Made by a program: the position numbers and the translations under genes. A DNA stretch of 64,000 nt. It comes from Sedimentisphaerales bacterium. Lineage in GTDB: Bacteria > Planctomycetota > Phycisphaerae > Sedimentisphaerales > SM23-30. Numbering within the stretch: position 1 is the stretch's first letter; each line of letters opens with the position of its first letter. Shown in pieces: positions 10,363 through 20,418 of the stretch. Where the stretch lies: positions 224,001-288,000 of the forward strand of contig CAXXFK010000020.1 in NCBI GenBank assembly GCA_963663965.2, read 5' to 3'. Below the pieces are notes generated by a model, which was not told where the DNA came from, searched no databases, and saw only the letters and a list, made by a program, of their open reading frames with translations.

Positions 10363-10388
10363 GTAGAGACGCGATGCTTCGCGCCTCC
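10363..10388 (+). repeat. GTAG-type REP-like palindrome
   Basis: GTAG-AGACGCGA-TGCT-TCGCGCCT: a GTAG tetranucleotide followed by an imperfect hairpin. Confidence 0.4.
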
Positions 10389-10465
10389 AATCATAAAAGT
10401 ATTCGGAACAATATTAACCCGATGGGTAACAACAAGACTTACCTGTTTCTATTGAGAACTCTATC

Positions 10466-10954
10466 ATGCCTTTATCCAAATTCGAACTGACCCAGGAACT
10501 GGAAATCCGCACCGCGACCATTGACGACCTGCCCGCTATTTTCCACCTGGGTGAAATGGTCTTCACCTCCCAGGACTACTCCAATCTGTACCGCACCTGG
10601 GATGAATTCGAAGTGACCAGCCTGTTCAATTCCGAGCCCGAGTACATGCTCGTCGCGGAGTTCGACAACAAAGTGGTCGGGTTCGCGCTCGGCACCACCA
10701 TCGAAAAAAACCGGTCCGCCTGGAACTATGGCCACCTGCTCTGGCTCGGCGTCGACCCGGACTTCGCCGGCAAAAAAATCGGCAGCCGCCTGTTCGACCG
10801 CTTCCGCGATATCATGACCAAAGCCGGCATCCGTATGCTCATGGTCGACACCCAGGCTGACAACGAGGAAGCCATCCGCTTCTTTCGCCGCAAAGGATTC
10901 GTCGATCCCATCGAACATGTGTATATGACGTTGAATTTGAATCTGAAAAAATAA
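10466..10954 (+). CDS. GNAT family N-acetyltransferase
   Basis: LGVDPDFAGKKIGSRL acetyl-CoA-binding motif A and N.EAIRFFRRKGF. Confidence 0.9.
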   Translation: MPLSKFELTQELEIRTATIDDLPAIFHLGEMVFTSQDYSNLYRTWDEFEVTSLFNSEPEYMLVAEFDNKVVGFALGTTIEKNRSAWNYGHLLWLGVDPDFAGKKIGSRLFDRFRDIMTKAGIRMLMVDTQADNEEAIRFFRRKGFVDPIEHVYMTLNLNLKK

Positions 10955-10972
10955 CCAGCGAAAGGACCGCCC

Positions 10973-12082
10973 GTGGCACACCGCAAGACCGGCATCCATC
11001 GTAACCGCCTGAAAAGCCTCTTCCGGGAAATGGTCGATATCTACAGCCCCTCCGGCAAAGAAGAAGAGATCGTCGAGTTCCTGGCGTCTTACCTGCACGA
11101 TAAAGACCTGCCCGTCACCCTCCGCGAAGTCAGCGAAGGCCGGCGCAACGTCGAGGTGGTCTTCAAAAACGCCATCCCCAGGGTCGCCTTCATCGGCCAT
11201 GTGGATACCGTTCCCGCGTTCGATATCGACGACTACGAATCCCAGGAAAGCGAAGGCCGGATCTGGGGACTCGGCACCGCCGATATGAAAAGCGGTTGCG
11301 CCGCCATGATCGAAGCCTTTGTCTCGCTGGTCGAACAGGATATCATCCCCCGTCAGGCCGGCCTTTATCTGGTTGTCGGCGAAGAAGAGTCCGGCGATGG
11401 CACCGAAGCCCTCCTGGCGGCCCGCTCCTTCGAATGGGCCCTGGTCGCCGAACCGACTGACCTGATCCCCTGCCTGGGCCATTACGGCTATATGGAAATG
11501 CTCGTTCGCGCCTTCGGCAAACGGCGTCACGCCTCCATGGCCTGCCACGAATACAACGCCATCATGGGCATGTTGAAAATGCTGATCAAAGTCGTGGAAG
11601 ACATCGAAACTGAACATCCTGATGTCATTTTGAACATCCGCGACATCCACAGTTCCGAAGCCGGTTTTGCCGTACCCGGCAGTTGCGAAGCATTTATGGA
11701 CCTGCACCTGCCCCCACCCGTCGCCCCGGCCGGCCTGGCGCGTGAACTGAAATCCCTGGTAAAAAAGTGCCTCGAAAACAATAAGCTGAGCAATTACGAA
11801 ATCGAATTCCCCCTTAAAGCCGGCGGCTACCAGCTGAACGATAACGGCTTATTACCCGAAGCGCTGCGCAAAGTCTATGCCGGCCAGAACCTCGACTGGA
11901 ATCCCGGCGCGTTCAAGAGCCATTCCGATGCCAATCTGCTCTGGGAAGCGCAATGCAAACCCATCATCCTCGGCCCCGGCCAACTGGCCATGGCCCATAC
12001 CCGCGATGAATCGGTGGATTTCGAACAAGTCATCTCCGCGGCGGAAATCTACCGTGATTTGTTGATCACCCTGATGGAATAA
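10973..12082 (+). CDS. M20 family metallohydrolase (ArgE/DapE-like deacylase)
   Basis: GHVDTV, GLGTADMKSG, GEEE, AEPT, HAS, GPG....AHTRDE metal-binding motifs. Confidence 0.88.
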   Translation: MAHRKTGIHRNRLKSLFREMVDIYSPSGKEEEIVEFLASYLHDKDLPVTLREVSEGRRNVEVVFKNAIPRVAFIGHVDTVPAFDIDDYESQESEGRIWGLGTADMKSGCAAMIEAFVSLVEQDIIPRQAGLYLVVGEEESGDGTEALLAARSFEWALVAEPTDLIPCLGHYGYMEMLVRAFGKRRHASMACHEYNAIMGMLKMLIKVVEDIETEHPDVILNIRDIHSSEAGFAVPGSCEAFMDLHLPPPVAPAGLARELKSLVKKCLENNKLSNYEIEFPLKAGGYQLNDNGLLPEALRKVYAGQNLDWNPGAFKSHSDANLLWEAQCKPIILGPGQLAMAHTRDESVDFEQVISAAEIYRDLLITLME

Positions 12083-12141
12083 ACCCGCCGTGCGTGTAAT
12101 GATCTCATCAATCGGACAACTCAGATGAAACGAGAACTACA

Positions 12142-12894
12142 ATGATAAAACTTGGTTTAATTTTCGCGTTATTATCAGGACTGGTTGTTATTTTACTCGC
12201 CGTCGATGACCACACAGCAACCCCACCGCCGGCCCAGCCCGACCAATACCTCAATGATCTCTGCCGGCTCTTGCAGGCCCAGTGGCCCAAAAATCGCCTC
12301 ATTAATATCGTTTGCCATGGCCACAGTGTCCCGGCCGGCTATTTTCGTACGCCCATCGTTGACACGTTCAATGCCTATCCCCATCTGCTGCACGCCGGAT
12401 TGAAACAACGCTATCCCTATGCGGTGATTAACACCATCGTAACCGCTGTCGGCGGCGAAAGTTCAGACCAGGGCGCCAAACGTTTCCGCGATGAAGTGCT
12501 CTGCCACCGCCCGGATGTCATCACCATTGACTACGGCCTGAATGACCGGCGCATCGGCCTCGAAAAAGCTCGCCAATCCTGGCAGGCCATGATCGAAATG
12601 GCGCTGGCCAGCAATATCAAAGTTATTTTGCTGACTCCGACCGGCGATACCGGCGCCCACCTGGACGATCCCGATGATCCGCTCAACCAACACGCCGAAC
12701 AGATACGACAACTCGCGCGGCAATACGGTGTCGGACTGGTGGACAGCCTGGTTGCCTTTAAAGCCGCCATGAATGACCAGTGCCGGTTGCATGACCTGAT
12801 GTCACAATCCAACCATCCCAACCGCCGCGGCCACGAGTTGGTCACCGAACAGCTATTAAAATGGTTTGAAATCCCTTCAGACAAAACAAATTAA
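12142..12894 (+). CDS. SGNH/GDSL hydrolase, secreted
   Basis: N-terminal hydrophobic segment. GHSV (block I), GGESS, YGLND, NHPN..GH. Confidence 0.85.
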   Translation: MIKLGLIFALLSGLVVILLAVDDHTATPPPAQPDQYLNDLCRLLQAQWPKNRLINIVCHGHSVPAGYFRTPIVDTFNAYPHLLHAGLKQRYPYAVINTIVTAVGGESSDQGAKRFRDEVLCHRPDVITIDYGLNDRRIGLEKARQSWQAMIEMALASNIKVILLTPTGDTGAHLDDPDDPLNQHAEQIRQLARQYGVGLVDSLVAFKAAMNDQCRLHDLMSQSNHPNRRGHELVTEQLLKWFEIPSDKTN

Positions 12895-12961
12895 TTGCCC
12901 GGATCAACCGGTTGTGCATCCGCTCGCACCTGGCATAACCTGTTAACCACCAAAGCGCCTA
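12891..12961 (-). pseudogene. putP: Detached 3' end of putP (left of the IS630 insertion)
   Basis: Removing the IS and one TA copy restores ...GFAANG-LGALVVNRLCQVRADAQPVDPGN-stop in frame. The stop overlaps the convergent SGNH stop (TTAA). Confidence 0.7.
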
Positions 12962-14180
12962 GTGCTCTGTAAAAACTAAATATTCTTATATAGCATGTCC
13001 GATAATAACTCCATAAACCGAATATTTATGGAGTTTGTTATGAAAAAGTACACCGTTCGTCTCACTGACGCAGAGCGGAAAGAACTGCTTGAAGTCGTTA
13101 CGAAACTCAAGGGTACATCGCAAAAAGTCAAACGGGCACAAATCTTGCTTAAGGCGGATGCGGACGGCCCCAACTGGTCATGCAATCAAATCGCCGAAGC
13201 TTTCTTGTGTCGCCTCAGGACCGTAACAAAAGTTCGTAAATCGCTGGTAGAAAGAGGGTTTGACATCACATTGAACGGTAAGCAGCGTGACACGCCGCCT
13301 CGCGCCAAGCTGCTGGATGGTGAGCAGGAGGCAAAGATCATTGCCCTGAGGCTGAGCGATCCGCCGGAAGGTTACAGTAACTGGTCGTTGCGTTTGATCG
13401 CCGACAAAGCGGTGGAATTGGGAATCGTAGAATCCATCAGTCACACCACCGTTGCCACGACGCTTAAAAAAATGAAATAACGAACCGAAAGATACAGTAC
13501 TGGGTGATACCGCCGGCGCAAAACAGTGAATTTGTCGCGTGCATGGAAGATGTCCTGAATGTCTATTCCCTGCCGTATGACCCGGATTTTCCGGCGCTCT
13601 GCATGGATGAACAGCCGGTGCAATTGCTCAAGGAAACTCGCACTCCGATGGCCGCGACCTTACATCATCCTCGTCGAGTGGACTATGAATACGAACGTGC
13701 CGGAACCGCCAGCCTATTCATGTTCACAGAACCGAAATCCGGCTGGCGTGGGGTGAGTGCTCGTCCACAACGGAAAAAAGCTGACTGGGCCGTTGAAATG
13801 GCAGAGTTGCTGGAGGGCCGCTATGCCCAAGCGAAACGAGTGCTTCTGGTGTGCGACAATTTGAATACGCATACCAAGGGAGCTTTTTACGAGGTTTTTC
13901 CTCCGGAGCAGGCGCGCCGGTATGTGGAAAAAATTGAATTTCATTACACGCCCAAGCATGGCAGTTGGCTCAATGTGGCCGAAAATGAACTGAGTGCGAT
14001 GACCCGGCAATGTCTGAAGGATCGAAAAATGACCGACATGGATAGGCTGAAAAAAGAGACGAAAGCATGGGCCACCCACTCCAACGAAAAGCAACGAGGC
14101 GTTAACTGGCAATTTAAAGTGGAAGATGCCAGGTGTAAATTGAGATCACTATATCCGAATATTTAATCTTTACAGAGCAC
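12962..14180 (+). mobile_element. IS630-family insertion sequence (~1.2 kb)
   Basis: TIRs GTGCTCTGTAAAAACTAAAT / ATTTAATCTTTACAGAGCAC (2 mismatches). TA on the left flank (CTAG target), TT on the right. Encodes a DDE transposase. Confidence 0.92.
13040..14166 (+). CDS. IS630 transposase, two ORFs joined by a probable programmed -1 frameshift
   Basis: HTH ORF 13040-13480 and DDE ORF (MDE, CDNLNTH, YTPKHGSWLNVAE). A7 run at 13466-13472 gives LKK-NEITNRKIQYWVIP after a -1 slip. Confidence 0.9.
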
Positions 14181-15551
14181 TTGGCCGTTCGCCGCAAATC
14201 CCGGCACAATCTCATAAATAATCCGATCCCCCAGCCCGGTCTGTTTCCAGATGACCAGAACAACCGTCCCGGTCAGCAACCCGGCCAGCGCCGCCTGCCA
14301 GGCGACCCGCTTGCTGTAAAGCGCAAACAATACCAGCGGCCCAAACGCAGCCCCCAACCCACCCCAGGCGTATGCCACTATTTCTAAAATGGTCTCCTGA
14401 GGATTTAAAGCCAACCCCATCGCAATCGCTGAAATAATAATCACACACGCCCGGCTGATCGGCACTATCTGGCGTTCCGATGCGCTTTTCTTGATAAAAC
14501 GCCGATAAAAATCTTCCGTCAGCGCCGATGATGATACCAGCAATTGCGAATCGATTGTCGACATAATCGCCGAAAGTATCGCCGCCAGCAGGATACCCGC
14601 CAGCCACGGATGACACAATTGCTCGATAATCCCAATAAAAATCTTTTCCGGATCACCATAAGGCGGCTGCTCAAAAATCGCAATGCCAATAAATCCCGCC
14701 AGCACTGCACCCCCGAGCGAAATCACCACCCACACAATGGCAATCACAATTGATTCGTGCAGTTTTTTGACCGACGCCACGCTCATAAACCGCGATAAAA
14801 TATGCGGCTGACCAAAGTAACCCAACCCCCACGCCATCGCTGAAACAATCATCAATCCCGGATATTCTCCCGATGGAATTATGCTAAACGATAAATCCCG
14901 CGCCGCCAGCGCCGGTCGCAATCCGGACATCCCATCGATATCAATCCACGCCAACACCGGCACAACAATAATCGCCAGCACCATTAACAGGCCCTGAAAC
15001 AGATCCGTCCAGCAAACCGCCAGAAATCCGCCCATAAAGGTATAAAACACAATCACCCCGCCGCCAATGAGAACCGCCCGGCTATACAGAATATTGAAAA
15101 CCGCGTCAAAGAGTTTGCCCGCCGCCACCAGCCCCGCACTGGCGTAAATCGTGAAAAATAATAAAATAATCAACGCCGACACAAAACGCAGCCAGCCGGT
15201 TGGATCGTTAAAACGTTTTTCCAGAAAACCCGGCAGCGTAATGGCTCCTTCTACCTCACTCTGGCACCGCAAACGTCTGGCAACCAGTAACCAGTTTAGC
15301 ACGGTGCCAATCAACAATCCCACCGCAATCCATATCTGTGACAATCCCGTGGCAAAAACCGCTCCGGGCAATCCCATCAACAGCCAGCCACTCATATCAC
15401 TGGCCTGGGCCGATAGCGCCGTAACCCAGGCGCCCATCTTCCGGCCGCCTAGCAAATAATCCTCTATCGTCCCCGAACGCTTATAAAACCAGGCCCCGAT
15501 CACAAACAATACCATAAAATAAACAATAAATGTCAAATAAACAGGATTCAT
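14163..15551 (-). CDS. putP: Sodium/proline symporter (SSS family), C-terminus truncated by IS630
   Basis: ALSAQASDMSGWLLMGLPG, GGFLAVCWTD, GLGYFGQPHIL.RFM, AIMSTIDSQLL, YAWGGLGAAFGP, YEIVPGF. Confidence 0.92.
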   Translation of the reverse strand: MNPVYLTFIVYFMVLFVIGAWFYKRSGTIEDYLLGGRKMGAWVTALSAQASDMSGWLLMGLPGAVFATGLSQIWIAVGLLIGTVLNWLLVARRLRCQSEVEGAITLPGFLEKRFNDPTGWLRFVSALIILLFFTIYASAGLVAAGKLFDAVFNILYSRAVLIGGGVIVFYTFMGGFLAVCWTDLFQGLLMVLAIIVVPVLAWIDIDGMSGLRPALAARDLSFSIIPSGEYPGLMIVSAMAWGLGYFGQPHILSRFMSVASVKKLHESIVIAIVWVVISLGGAVLAGFIGIAIFEQPPYGDPEKIFIGIIEQLCHPWLAGILLAAILSAIMSTIDSQLLVSSSALTEDFYRRFIKKSASERQIVPISRACVIIISAIAMGLALNPQETILEIVAYAWGGLGAAFGPLVLFALYSKRVAWQAALAGLLTGTVVLVIWKQTGLGDRIIYEIVPGFAANGQVLCKD

Positions 15552-15637
15552 ATCAGGTTAGATTCCATTCGCGAAAATTCTTTCTAGCCCGGGGAATTGC
15601 CGGATACAGGCTCTATAAGGAAAGCCCTGATTACGGA

Positions 15638-16876
15638 TTATTCATTATGACTGGGAGCCGACACGGATGCGGTCTGGAATGATCGAACCGTTTGAGCGTA
15701 AACTTTTGACAGGCGACTGACCATATGGGAAACCAGAAAGTGTTTTTTCAAATACTGTTGTGCGTTAATACCCAATTGGCGACTTGCCGGACGGTCATGA
15801 ATCGCTTTCCGTAATACCTGCGCCAGTGACTGGGTATTGCCCGGTTCAAAATTCAGCCCGGTCTGTTCGTGCCGGATCAGGTCGGGCGCCGTACCCCGGG
15901 GCGCAACAATGGTATTGCCGACACTCATGGCTTCAAGTAATTCGGGTTGCCAGATCGGACTTTTATGCGGCACAACGAAAATGTCATATGCGCTTAGAAT
16001 CGCCTTGAGCGCATCACTTTCTTCCACCAGCTTATCAATGGGATCGATAAAATGAACACATTCATTCAATTTGAGCTGATTGACTTTATGACGCAGATGT
16101 TGCTCCAGGCGCCCGCTACCACTTAATGCCACCGCAAAATCCTGGTTACTGTCTGCCAATATTCTCAAGGCATTAATTAACATATCCAGATCCTGGCCAT
16201 GCTGATACGGACTGCAGCACACCAGTTGCGGCATACAATCCGGCCGGACAAAACTGCTGGTGGTTTCGGTGATATGAGTACCGATCGGCACAAAATAAAT
16301 ATGACGAGCCGCGCCAACATGACGCTTGCGCAAACGGCGTGCCACGTAGCTGCAAGAGGGCAAAATGCCTTCAGAGAAACCCGCGTGATGAAAATGCGCC
16401 TCACCGTCCCGGGCCAAAACGGATACCAGCAAGGGAATATTCAGGATTCGGGCCAGGTTGCGACCCTGATGGGCCAGATGATCCTGCAGGGCATGGATCA
16501 GGGCCGGCTTATATTCCGCCAGAACGCCGGCCAGACGAATATCTCTCCGGTGTGGAACCAGCGTTTCCAGAGTCGGCAAACGGGGACTGGATATATCTAC
16601 GCGCCGTTCAACACATTCTGTCCGGGGTGACGTTTCATAATACTTCCGGACTTCCCGGATCACCCGTACCGGCGGACAGGGAGCGAAATCCAGATAGTCG
16701 CTTTCGCCCAGGCAAAACAGATTCAACTCCTCGACTTCATCCAGCAAACCAATACATAAGCGGCGCATAACCGGGCCGTAAACCTGTAACGCGGCATCAT
16801 CACACAGCAAAACAACGCGCGGTCGCCTTACGACATCCACATTGCTGCCTTCAGTACTGGTCATTGGCTGGTCCAT
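15638..16876 (-). CDS. Glycosyltransferase family 4 (GT-B)
   Basis: C-terminal SGSG.L, DIFVVP, LLEAMSVG...V, LI.HEQTGL.FEPGN. Confidence 0.8.
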   Translation of the reverse strand: MDQPMTSTEGSNVDVVRRPRVVLLCDDAALQVYGPVMRRLCIGLLDEVEELNLFCLGESDYLDFAPCPPVRVIREVRKYYETSPRTECVERRVDISSPRLPTLETLVPHRRDIRLAGVLAEYKPALIHALQDHLAHQGRNLARILNIPLLVSVLARDGEAHFHHAGFSEGILPSCSYVARRLRKRHVGAARHIYFVPIGTHITETTSSFVRPDCMPQLVCCSPYQHGQDLDMLINALRILADSNQDFAVALSGSGRLEQHLRHKVNQLKLNECVHFIDPIDKLVEESDALKAILSAYDIFVVPHKSPIWQPELLEAMSVGNTIVAPRGTAPDLIRHEQTGLNFEPGNTQSLAQVLRKAIHDRPASRQLGINAQQYLKKHFLVSHMVSRLSKVYAQTVRSFQTASVSAPSHNE

Positions 16877-16908
16877 ATTTGCTTATTGTAAAGACCTGTC
16901 CGGCCGCG

Positions 16909-18781
16909 TCAATCAATTAAAATCAACGTCGGCATCGTCGCGGTTACCTGCTCCTGCCGGATGAGGGTCCAGAAATTCAGATAATAATCCGCCAGAGAAT
17001 GATGACCCATAGTATGGCTGCCAGTCATCTGATTGGCCAGAGAATATAACGTGTTCAGGGCGGCCGCGGCTGTGGGCCGGGTATTCTGGCCGCTATCAGC
17101 CAACAGGCTTTCCAGCAATTCCAGCAAGCTCTTGGGCCGGGGCAAATGCACCAGATTCCACTCTTTCAGATCCGCCTGTTCCGCGGCGTAAGCCACAGCC
17201 TGATCCAAGCCGCCGATTTGATCAACCAGACCCAATGCCAATGCCTGAGCGCCGGTGTACACCTTGCCCTGCGCCAGCTCTTCGATATCATCAGTCAGCC
17301 GATCACCCCGCGAATCGGTGACTGCCTGCTTAAAAGTATCATAGACAACTTCCATTTCGTGAGTCAGCCAGAGACGCTCTTGTTTTGTAAAAGGTTCGGT
17401 TGAACTGAACATTCCAGAGTTTTTCCCACGTTTGAAACTAAAGGTCTTGATTCCAATCTTATCAAAAAGCTCTTTCATGACAATTTTGCCGCCCACCACG
17501 CCTATTGAACCGGTCAGGGTGGATGGTTCGGCAAAAATTTCGCTGCCGCCACAGGCAATATAATAACCGCCCGACGCCGCGACGCTGCCCATGCTGACTA
17601 CCACCGGCTTATCTATCGCTGCGTCACGCAGGGCATGATAGATGATATCACTGGCGGTGGCGCTGCCACCCGGAGAATCGATTCGAACGACCAATGCTTT
17701 CATTCTCGCATCCGCGCGTGCCTTCTGGATTGCCAGTCGTAATGTCCGAGAACCGGCTGAAGCGCCCACCCAGCCTTCGTCGCTATCGCCTGAAACAATG
17801 GACCCATTCACATGGATCACGCCGATCAGATCGCCACTGGGTTCTGCCGGCGGCTGCATCATCTGGCCCAATACGGTAAATAATGATAAAGGATTACTCA
17901 AATCCGCGACATCCCGGCCTTTTTGTTCCTGATCGACATACATGGCAACCGGTTTGCCAAGATCTTTCTCCAGATATTCAACAAATTCGCGCCGGTACAT
18001 AACGTGATCCACCAGGTGAGCCTTCAATCCATCCATGGCGTTATATGGCCCCTGGTCAATAAGCTTTTTAACGCGTTTCACCTTTAAACCACGCCCATCA
18101 GCAATACTCTCAACCATATGGTCGTACAAACTGTCAAAAAGCCGGTTTGGTCTGATCCATTTCCGCCTCCGATGGCTCCGTTCGGGTCAGCGGCTCAGCG
18201 GCTGATTTATAATCGCCAATACTAATGAAATCCGCTTCTAATCCCACCATATCCATTAACCCCTTTAAATAGATCGCTTCACCCGCCAGCCCGGACAGGG
18301 GCAGGTCGCCTGTCGGTGTGATCACAATTTCATCGCAGACACAGGCAGTCAGATATTCCTGCAAGGTGGGACTTTCAACATACGCGTAAACCTTCAATCC
18401 TTTTTCACGAGCATCCCTAATGCCTCGCCTCAGATGATCGGCATGAGCCCAGCTGAGCGGACACTGTTCAAAATTTAACAGGACGGCATCATAGCTTTTT
18501 TTTGTGGCATATTCTTCAAATTGATGGATCAGATCAAATACGCTGGTCGAGCCCGTTCCACCCAGGGTTAAAGCCATCACATCGGGCCGTTCAGTCAATA
18601 TCCCCTGCATCTGGATGAGTTTCACCCGATAAGGTTTTACTGTTTCCGCCTGACTGTTTTCCGCCTGTTCCGGAGCCGTTTGTTCATCCAGGGCAGGGGA
18701 TGCCATAATCTGAAAAATACCGCCCAGGACCATTAAAAAGAATACACCCAGCGCCAGTTTTTGTTTCCACGAATTGGCCAT
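16909..18781 (-). pseudogene. sppA: Signal peptide peptidase SppA (long form), one frameshift near 18146 (probably a sequence error)
   Basis: N-terminal domain with GDYKSAAEP, and C-terminal RIDSPGGS, VSMGSVAASGGYY, TGSIGV. Removing one A from ACCAAACCGG joins the two ORFs. Confidence 0.85.
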
Positions 18782-18884
18782 AGTTAAGGCTCCTTAATCA
18801 AACTATTATTATAACAAAAAGAGTTATGACTTCTCTCAGCATCCAGTTTACCGAAAAGCCGGTTAAAATTAAAGACGATTCTTA

Positions 18885-19085
18885 GAGTGCCTGACAAAAT
18901 GATTTTTCTAGCGAGACCGGGCGAAAAAGTGGTCAGCAAGGTCGAAGATCCGCCTCAGGAGGGCCGCAGGGGTCAAGCACCCGCAGGCAACCCTGCTATG
19001 GGTTGTCGAGGAGGGTTGGCCCCGAGAACGCAGATGACGACATTTGCAGCCGGCCGCAGCAGAAAATTTATTTTGTAAGGGGCTC
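18885..19085. mobile_element. MITE copy 1 (~200 bp, TTA target duplication)
   Basis: Ends GAGTGCCTGACAAAAT... / ...ATTTTGTAAGGGGCTC, flanked by TTA on both sides. Closely similar to the copy at 36771-36973. No transposase. Confidence 0.8.
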
Positions 19086-19114
19086 TTAATCGTATTTATT
19101 ATATCTCTGCGCAT

Positions 19115-19143
19115 AAAAAAAGCAGGCAATCAGCCTGCTTTTT
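19115..19143. terminator. Intrinsic terminator downstream of flgM (bidirectional shape)
   Basis: AAAAAAAGCAGGC-AATCA-GCCTGCTTTTT. Confidence 0.75.
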
Positions 19144-19161
19144 AGCGAAAAAAACTAACAA

Positions 19162-19452
19162 CTACTCCCAATTATGCTCCTGCAACAGTCTGTCGAGAGC
19201 TTCGGAGAGTTTTCCTTCTAAATCGTAAGAGCCATCTGCCAGTTGCTGACGGATTTCCTGCACTTTTTCCTCACGAATGTCAGGCATTGAGGCAATCTGG
19301 CCTAATAAGCGGGCACGTTCAGAGATCTCGACCCGGTCGCCGCTGACCTCGTTTGAGCGAGAGGACTCCGTCGGTCGGGCCGATGGCGAGTTCATCTGCG
19401 TTTTATTCAACGCCGATAACTGGCCATAGCCAATTTGGTTAATTTTACTCAT
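19162..19452 (-). CDS. flgM: Anti-sigma-28 factor FlgM
   Basis: DRVEISERA...MPDIREEKVQEIRQQLADGSY FlgM signature, 96 aa. Confidence 0.88.
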   Translation of the reverse strand: MSKINQIGYGQLSALNKTQMNSPSARPTESSRSNEVSGDRVEISERARLLGQIASMPDIREEKVQEIRQQLADGSYDLEGKLSEALDRLLQEHNWE

Positions 19453-19515
19453 TTTTACTACTCCGGTTTTAAAGGTTGTCTATTCTGCTTAAACTACCCT
19501 ATGGTTATCTCAATA

Positions 19516-19527
19516 ACAATATATTGT
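19516..19527. promoter_or_regulatory. Palindrome ACAATATATTGT (NrdR-box-like)
   Basis: Same 12-bp core as the palindrome at 19764-19785. Confidence 0.35.
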
Positions 19528-19763
19528 ATTTTTGAAAATCCATTTTCTTCCTTACACCTGCTATATCGACGGAGCTATTCGTTTTTCTTGAGAAAATCCA
19601 TCCAAACCGCAAAGTTTACCAGTGCCCATTTTTCACTATTGTTAATCTGATTCTGAATTGATTATAGGACGATATTTATACGTAAGTACCTGTATTTAAC
19701 CATTTTATAACTGAGACGCCTCGAATCTGTTTCGCAGTTTCTTTCTGTTAAGTCTCATAACCT

Positions 19764-19785
19764 CAACCACAATATATTGTGGTTG
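19764..19785. promoter_or_regulatory. Perfect 22-bp palindrome CAACCACAATATATTGTGGTTG (NrdR-box-like)
   Basis: Perfect dyad whose core fits the NrdR-box pattern CwAtATaTwG. Confidence 0.45.
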
Positions 19786-20418
19786 GCAGATTCCTGATTC
19801 ATGAACATATTAAGCGTAATTTCCTATATCTATTTAAGTTATAAAACCAGCGGAATCGTCCTGAATTGGTGGCTGAACTTTAAAGAATTTTTTTTACTAA
19901 ATAAAAATTTCTGATTTTCATGCGAAATTTTCTTTTGGGCTCATTGCGGTTCTCCCAATTCGCTTCCAAGGGTTATTATTCATAACCTGCTATTTGTAAT
20001 AATGTTACAAATCTTTTCGCCCCAATAATGTTTTAAAACTTTTACTGGAAGTCTGTTATAGTTTATTCCTATAATTTTTTAGATATTCGGACCTTTAGTG
20101 ATTCAAACGTTCCGAACCTGTTCAAAATGAAATATTAAGCGGTTTTTTCATCGAAAGAACCTGTTTTACTCACGTCGATTTCGAAGTGAGACTGTAAAAA
20201 TTTGACAATGATTGTTTCTTGCCATTTCAGGCGGAATATCAATCCATATCCAAAGTGGAGATTAAATGTCTTGGACAATTCCTCGGGCAATAAACTATTC
20301 ATTATCTTCTATATCAACAAATACCATTGACTATCTGGATCGGATCTGGTTGTATTGACCGGTCCGTCTTCTATTCACCTTTATGTCTTCTACTCTTTGT
20401 ATCGAAAGGAAACCAACC

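Noticed and set aside
10472..11707. 411-aa minus-strand ORF spanning two genes
   Set aside because: Antisense to GNAT and M20, which carry clear family motifs.
18887..19129. Short ORFs overlapping the MITE copies (also 36785-37104)
   Set aside because: The two copies differ by non-triplet indels, so the frames are not conserved.
19453..20418. AT-rich intergenic region as oriC
   Set aside because: No cluster of convincing TTATCCACA boxes and no dnaA/dnaN/gidA context.
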